From positions 31,124,001-31,188,000 of the forward strand of contig NC_083276.1 in the NCBI RefSeq assembly GCF_963506605.1: a stretch of 64,000 bases of DNA, in the 5' to 3' direction. The position numbers and the translations under genes were made by a program. A model generated the notes under the pieces. The model was not told the origin of the DNA. It did not search any database and saw only the letters and a program-made list of their open reading frames with translations. Of the stretch, positions 1-12,700 are shown in pieces; the first letter of the stretch is position 1; each line of letters opens with the position of its first letter. This DNA comes from Zootoca vivipara (taxonomy: Eukaryota).

Positions 1-26
1 CTTAAAGCAAAAGCCCTTATACTTAC

Positions 27-141
27 TTTCACATTCTGGATCGCCACACTTTTTGTGGCCCGACAACAACTTTGTGCTCTTGGTGATAGTTAGCAATGAA
101 AAGATCAAAAATAAAATTCTGATGTCCCAAATCGGCAGCAT
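27..141 (-). CDS. MIA2: MIA2 (MIA SH3 domain ER export factor 2) first coding exon; rest of gene lies outside the window
   Basis: Minus strand ATG at 141 reads MLPIWDIRILFLIFSLLTITKSTKLLSGHKKCGDPECE plus 1 nt, then a GTAAGT donor at 26-21. This is a signal peptide followed by STKLL..KKCGD.ECE as in the MIA2 N-terminus. Position downstream of PNN matches human synteny. Confidence 0.9.
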
Positions 142-244
142 CCTAAATGGTAAAAAAAAGCTGATCCCTGACAGAATAAAAAAGAAAAACAGATTGTGTC
201 TTGGCAATAGAAGTCTGAAACATCATTCACCCCCCTCCATTTAG

Positions 245-350
245 TTATATATAAAATCTTTTGGGTTCCATTTTCCTTCTACGTCCAGAGTCCACTTGCA
301 TAAACAAGCTGCTCAGTGAACTGTCCTGATTAAGTGGCTTAATTATTAAC
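245..350 (-). promoter_or_regulatory. MIA2 proximal promoter with TATA, HNF4-like, FOXA-like and HNF1 motifs
   Basis: TATATAA (minus) at 245-251; GTCCAGAGTCCA DR1-like at 283-294; TAAACA at 301-306; near-perfect HNF1 palindrome GTTAATAATTAAG (minus) at 338-350. Confidence 0.6.
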
Positions 351-2370
351 TGTGTGAGGCAATATAGACTAGGAATTTGAAATGAAAAAGGCGCTTTCTG
401 TCAAACTACAGACTATAGATGTACCAATAGCCTCATTTGCATCAGCAAGTTATTGGAGCGCTTTGTGGAACTTTAGATGCGATGTAGAGAAAGATGCAAT
501 ATGAATTACAGGAAATACTACCAAATGTTCCAAAACCCTGATGTACTGTTACTGCTGCTTTAAATTTTGCTCAGAGTATGTTTTTAATGATTTTAATAAC
601 ACGATTCTGTGTTTTTTTATTATTGTTGCTGATTGTAATTTATATGTGGCCATAGCATTTGGTATTGTACATTACCCTGGGATCACTTTGATGAAGAGCA
701 GCCAATAAATTTAGCAAACAAATAAACAATCACAGGTCTACACTTTATTTCACCTTATAAATCAGAGATGGAGCATCTATGGCCCTCTCTACCTCCCACC
801 ATCGCTGGTCATTGGCAGCTTGGCCTATAAACATCTGGAGGGCCACAGGTTCCCTATACTAATACATTATCTGTTCTACAAGGGTTGCCTTATATGATAC
901 AAAATTCTTCCATTTGTATTACACTTTTGTTTCAATGAGCTCATGATGGTGTACAGTTATCTAATGTTATCATCACCATAATCCAGTGAGTTTAATTAGG
1001 TAACTTGGCTATAGTTACCCAGTGAGCTCAACAACTGAATAGTGATTTGAAACCAAATATCCTTGACCCAAGTCTATCAGCCTATTCAACTGATATTTCC
1101 TTTTGTGTCTTACAGCCTTCATTTGGAAGGTAGCCTATGTTCAATCAGGCTTACTGCCAAGTAAGGATTGCCGCTTTAATGTGGTGCATATCAGCTCACT
1201 TTCCCATTTTCCAGCCAGCTCTGCTTCTTAATCTTCCCTCTCATCTGTTGCCTGTCTGCTCTTCTCACTTCAACTGCCTTTTCCCAACTCCTTTTCATCC
1301 AAGGTTCCTTTTCCCTCCCATTTATATCTTCCCTCTCATTGGTCAACCCAAAAGTTCTATTGAAGACTGCCCATCCAGCATACAGGCATTGCACTAGTAG
1401 ATCCAGAAAAAGTAGTGTTGCTTGCTCTGAGCACCCCATTGTAATTTCAGGTTCCCTTTATTATCCCATATAATGTAATGGTGATATTGTTGGTGCCAAG
1501 GGGGAAAAATACTATAGTATAGAAAATAGAATTCCTGGATTCCAAAATCCAAGTTCAGAGCAATTACTCTTTGGTGAGAGAACCCCAGCAGAGATTTAAA
1601 TTCACAAAATATGCAGCATGGAAATAAAGGCTTTAAAATATGTCACCTTAAAAAATTTCTTTCCAAAGTTTCCTTCTTACCCCAGCATATGAATAAGGCC
1701 ACGTATTGGGTAAGTGTAAAATGTTTTACTTACAAACTCTTCAAATGTCAGGTTCATGTGCTTCAGAAAAGTTGCAGAGGCAGTAAAACTTGGCCTGCTT
1801 ACAAAGTGGTGAAAGTTTCTAGATGATTTGTATAGGAGCTCAAGAATGGCTGGTGAGAGCCATGCGGTTGAGCTGGAACAACCAGTTCAAACCTCTTCAC
1901 ATGGAGAGCTTCTTAGGGAGACTGTGGGAGAACAAAAACTTGATTACCTAGTTCCTCCCAAGGAGAGGGGAAGTGGACATAGCTAAGCCTGGCAGGTCAG
2001 CTTACTCTATGGTCTTAATCCCTTCATGCATTAATTTGACTTAAATATGTTGACTATATGAGGCTGATTATCTCTCAAAAGTGCCGATACTGTCTACTCA
2101 GTTATTGTTGAATCACCTCAGGAAAGAACATAGGAAGTTGCTGTACACTTAACCAGCCCATGGGCCCATTTAGCTCAGCATTGTCTACAACATTTGGCAT
2201 CAACTACCCAAGGTTTCAGACAAGGGATCTCTCCCAGTTCCACCTAAAGTTGCTGGGGCCTTCCGCATGCAGAGATGCTCTGCCACTAAACTGCATCCCT
2301 TCTCTTTGATGTTGGGCAATTTAGGTTGTCACACACTCAGCTTGGAGCAAGTTCCACTAGGACTTCTGAG

Positions 2371-2720
2371 TAAAGGTAAAGGGACCCCTGACCATTAGGT
2401 CCAGTCGTGACCGACTCTGGGGTTGCGCGCTCATCTCGCATTATTGGCCGAGGGAGCCGGCGTATAGCTTCCAGGTCATGTGGCCAGCATGACAAAGCCG
2501 CTTCTGGCAAACCAGAGCAGCACATGGAAATGCCGTTTACCTTCCCGCTGTAGCGGTTCCTATTTATCTACTTGCATTTTGACGTGCTTTCGAACTGCTA
2601 GGTTGGCAGGAGCTGGGACCAAGCAACGGGAGCTCACCCCGTCACAGGGATTCGAACCGCCAACCTTCTGATCGGCAAGCCCTAGGCTCAGTGGTTTAAC
2701 CACAGCGCCACCTGGTTCCC
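2371..2720 (-). mobile_element. Sauria SINE (POM/Squam1 type), full length
   Basis: tRNA-like head at the 2720 end (GGGAACCAGGTGGCGCTGTGG, GGTTCGAATCCC B-box), (ACCTTT)n tail at the 2371 end, TGAGTA target duplication at 2367-2372 and 2721-2726. Confidence 0.9.
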
Positions 2721-2917
2721 TGAGTAGGTATGCATAAAACCAAACGGATAATCTTATTTAAAACAAAATTAACCAGAACTTGAGGTTCGTATCTCCTCTT
2801 TATTTTGGGCCGTCTTTGTTGCTGTTCTTCTCTTTTTCTTTTGCACTTAACCTGCCCCCCCCAAAAAAAACTAGTTTGCCTTCTTATACATGGCCATTTG
2901 TTTAATTGTCAATGCAA

Positions 2918-3010
2918 GGTATCTGATGAAGTGTGCATGCACACAAAAGCTCATACCAAAATAAAAACTTAGTTGGTCTTTAAGGTGCTACTGAAGGATT
3001 TTTTTTTATT
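2918..3010 (+). mobile_element. Short Penelope-like (PLE) element with a minimal hammerhead ribozyme motif
   Basis: GGTAT-CTGATGA-A-GTGTGCATGCACAC-AAAA-GCTC-ATACC followed by TTAGTTGGTCTTTAAGGTGCTACTG; flanked by a 12-bp direct repeat TTGTCAATGCAA (2906-2917, 3011-3022). Confidence 0.75.
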
Positions 3011-4031
3011 TTGTCAATGCAAAGTTTCACATTGGCCCTTGTTGAATTGCATCTTGTTTCTATTTGTTTACCTTGATTATTTAAGACCTAAATTTTGTAA
3101 AGGCACTGTGGTACACATGGTACATAGTGGAACATAGAGAGATGCTTCTTAGGGATATTTTCAGAGCTCTTTCTTTCTGCTGGAGACTAATTATAATCTA
3201 AGCATCTTCCAAAAGAAAGGGAAATTTTATTAGGGTTGGATACTTTCAACAAAAAGAGCACCCAGTCCCTGGTACATTAAAAATATTTTTATCTCCGAAA
3301 AAGAGCAGAGCATTGCACCACCCAAGCACCTGCCTTTCCAAACCTATCAGCTGATAATGTCTCATTGGACATAAAGATATCTGAACCAGGACTAAACTTT
3401 AATGTGATTTTACTGGGAGGGTGTTTTGTTAAATTGCTTTATCCTCTTGGGAATATGAAGTGTAATACCAATGTTTAAAGCAGAAACAAGACTACCTTTT
3501 GTGAAATGTTCTTCTTAGCCTTCTAATGCTTGTTTGTTTCATTTTACTATTCTCTTTGAATCACATCTCCTTTAGTGGCCTCCATCTTTGAATCATATTT
3601 GAATTTGTGACCAGTCCCATGCTGCAGAACACTCTTCCAGCAAAGATTCCACAAGCATCCTTTGACTTTTAGGTATCTCTTGAAGATCTTTTTATTCTAA
3701 CAGATATTTGCAGCTGTTCAATTCTTCTCTTCATTAACCAGTCAAATTAATGATTATCCGTATTTTTATTTATATTCTTTAAAATGGCATCTTTTAACAC
3801 TGTAAACTGTCTTGATATTTTATATGGCAGTATAGAATTTTATAAATAAATCACATCTCCTTTCATGGCATGGTTCCCTTTTTTTCTTCTCAAATTGTTG
3901 CTTCTCAGTACAGTACCTCCAACTCTCACTGGAACCTGGCTGCCTCATCTTAATGCTTTCATGGCTGTTGCCCTGAACATCAAGATTACTATTATTACAA
4001 TACAGTATTAGCATAGTCAGCTTATGATATA

Positions 4032-4291
4032 CCATATTGGCCCAAATATAAGCCGCACCTGAATACCCTAATATAAGCCGCACCCTTCATCGCTGCTCCT
4101 GGCTGCATACTGGGTTGCGTTGCCAGCGGCCTTTCCCCTTCCTCCCTGGCCTTGGGAGAGAGGACACTCCTGGCGCTGTTTGCCCCACGCTCCTGGCTGC
4201 ATACTGTAAGGTCGTGAATAAAAGCCACACTTTTAACTTTTCACGGTCAGAATTTGGGGGGGAAAGTGTGGCTTATATTCGGGCCAATACG
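4032..4291. mobile_element. Non-autonomous Tc1/mariner-superfamily MITE
   Basis: Imperfect terminal inverted repeats CCATATTGGCCCAAATATAAGCCGCAC / GTGTGGCTTATATTCGGGCCAATACG, bounded by TA. Confidence 0.7.
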
Positions 4292-4758
4292 TTATCTTCT
4301 CAGATATCTTCACTGACTACCAACTTGTTACTAGGCCAACTTCAATGTGTTACCATTAGTACAGAAACACTCAACAGCTTGGGACCAGTTTAGTTGAAGG
4401 ATCACCTTAGTCCATATATGGCCACGCATCCACCTTGATCTGTGGGACTGCTTTTACAAGTGCCACATAATGTCCTTTCCCTACCTGTAAGTAACCAGTC
4501 TTCCAGCACTAACACTCTGGAACTTCCTATTGACATCAGGCAGGTGCCTTCACTCTTATTTTTGACACTTGCTAAAAGCTTTGTGTGGTCAATCCCTATC
4601 AAAGTATGTAAAGCTGACATGCAATTTAATATGTAATTTTATAATGGGTAATTTAACTGCTAACTTTATTATTTAAATTTTATTTATCCCAGGCTAACAC
4701 TAACCTACCATAGTGGCCTGTTTTAAGAACACTAAGCAGTTTGCCAACTTAATACTGG

Positions 4759-5120
4759 TAGGTAAAGGTAAGGTAAAGGACCCCTGGATGGTTAAGTCCA
4801 GTCAAAGGCGACTATTGGGTTGCAGCGCTCATCTCGCTTTCAGGCCGAGGGAGCCGGTGTTTGTCCACAGACAGCTTTCCAGGTCATGTGGCCAGCATGA
4901 CTAAACGCAACCACACACCATGACAGAAACCAGAGCGCACAGAAACGTCGTTTACCTTCCTGCCAGAGTGGTACCTATTTATCTACTTGCACTGGCGTGC
5001 TTTCGAACTGCTAGGTGGCAGGAGCTGCAACAGAGCAATAGGAGCTCACCCCGTTACGGGGATTTGAACCTCCGACCTTCCAATTGGCAAGTCCAAGAGG
5101 CTCAGTGGTTTAAACCACAG
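4759..5120 (-). mobile_element. Sauria SINE, near full length
   Basis: Same body and GGTAAAGGT tail as the copy at 2371-2720, more diverged. Confidence 0.85.
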
Positions 5121-5453
5121 TTGGGTGCATACCTATTGAGGCCAACAGTGTATTTTCCTATGTACCCTTTCCCCATCACAAATTAAGACATAGAACAAAA
5201 TGACTCAGGTGCTCTTGGATTCCATCAGCCCATCCACTGAGTCATCTGCAGCCAGGACTTTTAAAAATGAATTTTTGCTGGGTGGCTGGTGGAAACAAAC
5301 TCAAAAGGGCACTTCACACAAATCCTTTGCCAGCCCAGTTCAGGATTACATTCCATACACAAATCCACATTGTTAGGTATGAGAGACTACTTTAAATGTT
5401 TTTAAGGGGTACCTAAGTACAAGTTGAGATTTCTGGTCTTTCCAATCTATGTT

Positions 5454-5546
5454 TAGAATCATAGAGTTGGAAGAGGCCACAAGGGCCATCCAGTCCAACC
5501 CCCTGCCAAGCAGGAAACACCACCAAAGCATTCCTGACAGATGGCT
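5454..5546 (-). mobile_element. CR1 LINE 3' fragment
   Basis: AGAATCATAGAGTTGGAAG...CAAGGGCCATCCAGTCCAACCCCCTGCC is the reverse complement of a CR1 3' end with an ATTCTATG-type tail; near-identical copies at 18582 and 33319. Confidence 0.75.
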
Positions 5547-6712
5547 GGGAATGGGGATTCTAATTTCTGTCAGACCATTTGGTTTGGTAGGTGAAGTACA
5601 AGTATGAAAAACTTTTCATTAAACAAACAGTAAATCCAGAATACAGAAAATAGTATATAAAGGTACCTTTATTTAGACTTTTACAGAACAAGCCAATGAA
5701 TACACTTGGAGGAAGTTTAAAAACAGTATGTCACCTTTTTACACCAACTATATTGCCATCGACTAGCTTTAGATGTTACAGAAATGCCAAGTTTTGAATC
5801 CACTTTCCTCAATCAACAGATATTCATAAATACAACATCTTAACGCCCGATTAATTTAATGGTATACTGCATTTTTATTGGCATTTGAAAGTTTAGCCTA
5901 TGGCCAACAATAATCTAGTTTTGAAGTTACCCACAGCCCTCCTGCAACATACTGCAAAGCACAGAAATGAGATGCAAGTTTTTTAAAAAATCTAAGCATT
6001 ACTCTAAAACTAGGGGAGAGGCAAGGTTAAAATAACTACATGAAGTCTCTAAACAGATTTTAGATGGCCAAGTAATTTAGAATTGGCTCGATACACTCAC
6101 TTGGCTTCTGTATATGGGCAGTTAGTTCACCAAGGAATGTTAGTAAAAGCTGGCATCAATTTGTATAGTGAAAGCACAGAAAAGAAAACCTGGATTATGC
6201 ACAGGTGTGTGCTCCTTCACAGAACTTGAGAATTCACTTTTTAGCAATTAGAGGGGAAGTGTTAATAGGCAGAATATTCAAACACTCTGTATGAAGTATG
6301 GCAAAGGGAGAAAGATATCTATGCGAGATGAAGCGGCAACAGGCTCTCACACCTCTGTAAAATACACATTTATTTCTACAAAAAAAGATCTGATACAGAA
6401 GTGATTCACACAAATGTAACTATGTACCTATTAAAATATACAGAAACTCTTTGAAGTAGAGGAGATTTAAAAAGATGAAGGGGTTGTCAATCCTTTTATT
6501 TGTACACTTTTGCATCTTCACATAATTTGATAAGTAACCTTTTACAAAATCATGTAAAAAGCATGAGAATTGCCTGGTAAAGAGTCTGCATTTCTCCAAA
6601 AGATTTTATACAGCATGCAATTAAGGCAGCCTTTTCTTCCCCACATGGAATCCTTTCACTCATCAAGTAATCTTCTGCTGCAAAATTAGGCTAGGGAGCC
6701 TGGTCTCTTCTG

Positions 6713-9700
6713 TCAACGCCTTTTGTCTTTCCTGTCTGATTTACGGTCTCTTTCGCTCCGCGAAGTTCTTTTGCCTGACCGACTACTTTCTGATATAGAC
6801 CTCTTTCTGTCCGACCTTGAACTTTTATCCTTTGATCCTTTCGCATCTCTGCTGCTACCTTTCGAAGACTTGTGACTCCTGTCTACTCCTGCATTATCCC
6901 TTCGCTTTCGATCCAGACTCCTCCTACGCTTCCTATCCCTATTGTGCCCACGCCCTCTGCTTCGACTTCTGCTCTCGCTACTGCTGGAACTACTGCTACT
7001 CTCTCGACTACTACTTCCGCTAGTGCTGCTGCTGCTGGAGGAACTACTCCGACTACTGCTGCTGCCACTGCTAGAACTACTGCCACTACTACTGCTTGTA
7101 GAACTAGTACTACTGGTGCTGCTGCTAGTACTGCGACTTCGACTCTTACTGCCTTTGTTCCTTGCTCTACCTCTGCTCCTGCTCCTGCCCTTGTTCTTGA
7201 CTTCTACAGTTACTGCCTGGATTTGGTCTGCCTGAATTTCAGGCAGATTCTCAGGCACTACAGTTTCTTCTTTGTCTACCTGAGGCTCTTGATCTTGAGT
7301 GGATTCCAACTGTGGTGAAGGCTGTGGCTGAAGCACAGCCTCTAGTTGAGGCTGGGCCTCAGCCTCGGACACTGCAATGGATTCTGGCTCCTTCTCTTCT
7401 GCCTCCTCTGGTTCAGCTTCCACTTCTGGCTTGTTGGCTTCCTCTTTCTCCAAGGGAGCAACAGGCCCCTCCTGCTCTGGTTGAGGATTACTCTCCATTT
7501 CTGGTTCCACTTCTTTGCTATTCTCATTTTCTAGTGGCTCTGCATGATCTGCCTCATTGGTTTCCATCACATCCTGCTCGCCATCTACTGGCAGCGTATT
7601 TTCACCTTCCTCTTTCCCTAACACAACATCCTCCTCCTGATTATCCTGCTGCCTATCATTCTCCTTAATCTCTGGTCCCTCATCTACCTTAACCTCCATT
7701 TCCTCTTTCTGCTCCTCCTCCTCCTGTTCTATCTCTCCATCACTGTGACTAGCACCTACCTCCTTTTCTTCCCCTACCTCTTCCATTTCTACATCATTGC
7801 TCCGATTACCTGTCTCCATCTCTTCCACCTGCTGAACCGCCTTACCCTCTTCTTGCTCCTTCTTCTGGTCTTCCTTCTTTTCTTCCTTCTGCACCTCCTG
7901 GTGTTCTTTTTCCTTCAGAGATTGTCGCCTGGGCCTGGCTTCCATTTTGTTAATTTGCTCAGCAAACTCAATGCGCCTATTTTCAAACAGTGCTGCAGAA
8001 TGAGAGAAGACACACTAAGCTTATTGTGGGTACTTAGCATGGTTCCATCTTACTGATAGATCACTTGAGCCACTTCACACAAGGAAAGTTTCATATAGAC
8101 AAGTGATCATGCATGTTAAGAGGTCAGAATGTGCACTTGTGAATTGGGGCATTTGCCACATATTTTTGAATTTCAGGCTACTGGCAGTTATGAGCAGTAA
8201 AGTTTCACATGAAGAAATAATTTATAACTGGATCCAGCAGGTGGGCAAGATCTTTATCTCCCCAACCCCCTAGAGACAAACTTTATGGGGTAGCTGGATC
8301 TGTCAATCACTTGGGCTGGAATTCCAATGTCACATCATTACAAATGTTCTGTTTGTGCAAGCACATCATCTTGCAAGATGGAAAAACCCCGCTTGCAATT
8401 ATGTGCTGTTCTGAGCATTTTCCTAAACCCCAGAACCAGGACTCTAGGAACCTGCCAGTGCCTTTGCACCAACTCCCAAAGCTGGGTAGGCAATCCTCCA
8501 CCTTGTGGGTGGGCCAGTTCTGGCTTTTTGTGTTTTTGTGTAAACGTGCAGACTCGCAGAACTGACCCTTTGAGTAAGATGCAAGTTCGCTTTACTTCCT
8601 TGTCATTATCAGTTTAACTTTTTCCAATGAAATTCCAGAAGAGCTTATATCAAAGAACATGTATCTACCCTACCACCAGTAACATACCATTTAATTTTTT
8701 TTGAGAATCATCAAACAGCTTCTGGGTAGCAGGACACATTCTGCCAGGTATGTAGAACAGATGAGGCTTTGTCTTTGTTCTTATATATTTAATTATTTTG
8801 GCATTATGATCATTCCATTCTTCTTGCTGGTAAAAGAAAGATTTTTATTTTTATTTAGTATTGTCCACAACACCAACACCACACATAGCAGCTGCTTGAA
8901 TTTTGACTCACCAGCTGAGCAAGTTCAACTTTCTGTTCCAATAGCCGCAGCTCTGTTTGTTTAGCACGTCTTTCCTCAAAGAGCTCTCGCCTCTCATTTT
9001 CAACCTGCTTTCTCTCTTCCTCTGCCTGCACTTCAAGTTTCTGTTCAATTTCTTGCCGTCTTTTTTGCTGAGGTGGAGAAACAGTTTCAGATTTGCTTAA
9101 GGCGAGCTCAGAAATTTTATTATTAGTTTATATACCACTTAATAGCTGGCCGACCCCTGTTCTGGAGTCAGATCAATACTGAAGTCTGATACAGAACAAG
9201 CTTCATCTAATTATTGCAAGATAGCCCACAACTTTTGGCTGGACTTAGTAGTCAAGTCACTGCTTATAGTTGTTGGTTTTCTCATTTCTGCTCCCCTAAG
9301 GTATGGAGCATTCCTTGTGTATCAAACAATCCACATTTATAGTGAAGCAGTGCCAGGCAATGCAATTACATCTCTCCAACATGACCTGAAGCCTGGGAAC
9401 CAATAGGAGCTCTGTGCCCTCCCTCTCTTTCTAATCTGTTTTCAAATTGTTACGGAACCAGAGACAAGTAAATAATAATAAAAAGTCAACTATATAGCCA
9501 ACTATATAGCCAGGCAGGGCATACAAAACCTAAGCATGGACCTCTCTAGCCTGCTGGCAGTTACTAGTGGTTTTCCCAGCTAGTTGCCAGAACCCAGTTT
9601 AGGGTCATCATAAAGAACTGTATTTGTAGTAGGATCCATGTTCTGTTGAACTTAATAGGCTTAAGGAAAGTTTTAGGAATGCTCACGGTTTCCTTTCCAC

Positions 9701-12700
9701 TTGAAAAATGACTTTAAAGTCCTCATGTTTCCACAGTGAAAAATCTGCGCTACTGGGCTACTAGGAGTAAGTTTCTTCGCGCAAGACAGTATACAATTCT
9801 CTCATTCAATAGAAATAGTACACTCTCTCCTCTAATGAACATTACAAGGTATTGAGTTAATACCCTCTCAGTAGCGACTGTTGATTCTTGTTTGAACTTC
9901 TGAAGAGTACCCATCAACAGGCCAAATATGCGCCGATTCCTAGCAGAACAGAAAAGGAGTAAAAAGATATGATTATACCATGGAGTTTCATATGTGTTCA
10001 TTATGCATACCTATTGAAACAGTTTTCAAAACCTTCCAAGGCTGTTAGTTAATGGTGCATGAATTATAAAAAGGCTACAATAATAACACAGGGTGCAAAA
10101 GCTATTTAGAAAGAAACATAACCACTGGATGTTGCAAATTTCCAACAACCAACATGAGAAGACAACAAGATAATTCCAGTGGATGGCTTTATCAACAATA
10201 GCATATAATTTCCAAGCATATTAAATTAAATGAAGTTCTTAAATTATGACCCAAAGACAGCCAAACCTTTATCTAAGATTGAAGACAACAATAAAATATA
10301 TTAAACAGACTGATTATTAATAAAAGGAACACAATTGTTGTGACTTTTCATAAGGAACCTCAAGAAATGATTTGCCATTTTGTAAGCAACATTGCACTGA
10401 AAATATAGTCATCTTCTTTTGACTTACTTTTTTGTTGAGGGCTAGCTGTATGAGAAAGACCGTTGGCCCATACGGAGAATCATAGAATTGTTAAGTTGGG
10501 AGGGACCCCCCCCCAGGGTAATCTAGTCCAATCCCTTGCATTGCAGGAAATTCAACAAAAACAACCCTGACAGATTGCCATCCAATCTCTGCTTAAAAAC
10601 TTCCAAGGATGGAGAGTCTACAACCTTTTGAGGGAGTCCACTCCACTGCCAAACATTTCTTACTGTCAGGACCCCGACCACAATGGTCACAGCCTGAAAA
10701 TAAATTCCAGCCCAGCATTTTAGCCCCACCCCAACTAATACATATGAGATGGTGCTTGAATTAAGAAGTAATTTCCCCCAAAAATTATTTGGATACTTTC
10801 CCACAAACTACATATCTGAAGTTGATACACAAGCAGCTCAACACAACTCATTGTCTAAAAGTGAGACCTTTAGATAGCTAAGATTAGGATTTGAAGCTTT
10901 CCTCATAAAAGAAGCCAGCACAGAATGTCATTGGGCAGGGGCAACAGAGCTTCCACAGCTCAAATCTGAACTTATTCATGTTTTTAGATATTTTGTCAGC
11001 TGCTTTATATGATTTCTTCCCTGAAAAGTGGGATACAAATTTATACAATTAATAAATTTCTCTAGCAGACTGTGAAATCTGGTTTCATCACCCAAACTTC
11101 ATCAACAAATTTTAATGAAATACACCAATTTCTGTGCAATTTTGCACAGAAAAGCATGAAAAAGTACAGTGGCTGCTAATTTGCAGTATTCTTTAAAGAC
11201 CAAGGCTGAAATCCCACCAATATCAATGGGACTTACTTCTGAATTAGACTGGTTCATATCAAACTAAAAAAAACCCAAAGGGAACATTTTTAAAAAAATT
11301 ATATATGGCAAGATGCCTATCTTAGAAAAACACAACATGCTAAATCTCTACCCAGAGCTTTTACATTCCTGGAATAGTCACAAACAATAGTCTGAGATGA
11401 GTACATCAGCAACTTATTTTGACTTACAAATCAACAGGCAAAGCAAACTGTGCAAGTCAACTTAAATAAACGTGGAAGCTGGGTTGAGTTGTCTGGTGCA
11501 GTCAGTAACTGTACACACACTTCTTAAGAAGCAGGCTAAGACAGCATAAAATATTGGACAAAGTTTTCTGTGCAAGAAAGAACATTTCTTTCATAATTTG
11601 TATTATGTGCTTGGAGTTTGAAAACATTATGGTTACAGTAAACAACATTGTAAGATACCTTTGTTTTCCCTTTTCATCCATGTTTTGATCTTGAATAAGG
11701 TCTCGGCGTGTTCTTTCTTTGGAGGTAGCAACAACAGAAGACTGCAACGCTGGCTGCAAGCATAGGTCAAAACCAGGTTAATTGAAGCTTTTCTACATTT
11801 CTTTCCCCTCTCTACCCACCAACTTCTAGTTATCCCTTACTTTTTTAACATCATCATCCTCTGCGTCGCTTTCATGGCGTGATTCTCTCCTTGTCCGACG
11901 TTCCCCAGCTAGCCTAAATTTAAGAGAGTACCAAAGGCATCCATTTTATACCAGAACCAAGGACAATATTTCAATAGGCTTAGAAAATGATGTTAATACA
12001 AGCAAAATAAGTACACTAAAATCAAGATACTGTGCTTCACAGACTGCTTTGATGCAACCTCTGTCCACGTTGTTGCTGGGATCCAATGAACTCTTAGGTG
12101 AATGTAGATTAGCTGCTTGCTAAATCTGTTGCTTTATTACAGCATCTTTTAAAAGATGGAGACCTCACGTTTAAAGTCCACTTACTTTTATTCCTACAGA
12201 ACATATTACAGGGTAGCAGCTCCTACACAATTTACCGGTACTCAAGACAAAAAGGTGTTCTATTGAAATCCTATTTAAAAAATCACACGGAATCAAGATA
12301 CACCAGTATAAATTATTTGCTAGTGTAGAGTTCCAAGAGGAATTATGCAACTTAAAGAAGAACTGATACATGAATGGATTTTCCTTTCTTCCCTCCCAGT
12401 TCCTTTTGTATGTCTGAAATTGCAAGCAATCATTTTAAATTATACACAGCCTTGAGTGCTATATAAAAACCATGCAGAAATGCACTAAGGAAATATACCG
12501 AGTCAGCTAAGAAGGCATGCTGTTCTTGTCTCTAACTTCATTCAATCCTGTTCTTGAATTCAGCCCTATTTCATTCTCTGCTCACCTATTGGTCGCCCCT
12601 TCTAGATCCCTCTGTTTGGCTGGGGGTCCTCCTCCGCTATCCGAGAATCCACGCCTGAAACAAGAGATGATCAGTGTATCAGATCAGCATGCTCCAAGCA

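Noticed and set aside
2640-2720. tRNA gene
   Set aside because: The A/B-box sequence is the head of a Sauria SINE, not a full cloverleaf; the same applies at about 31700-31773.
6817-8056. Several plus-strand Leu-, Thr- or Phe-rich ORFs
   Set aside because: Antisense shadows of the Ser/Glu-rich last exon of PNN.
7993-8687. snoRNA or poison exon in PNN intron 8
   Set aside because: No convincing C/D or H/ACA box pair with a terminal stem and no clear splice-site pair found by eye.
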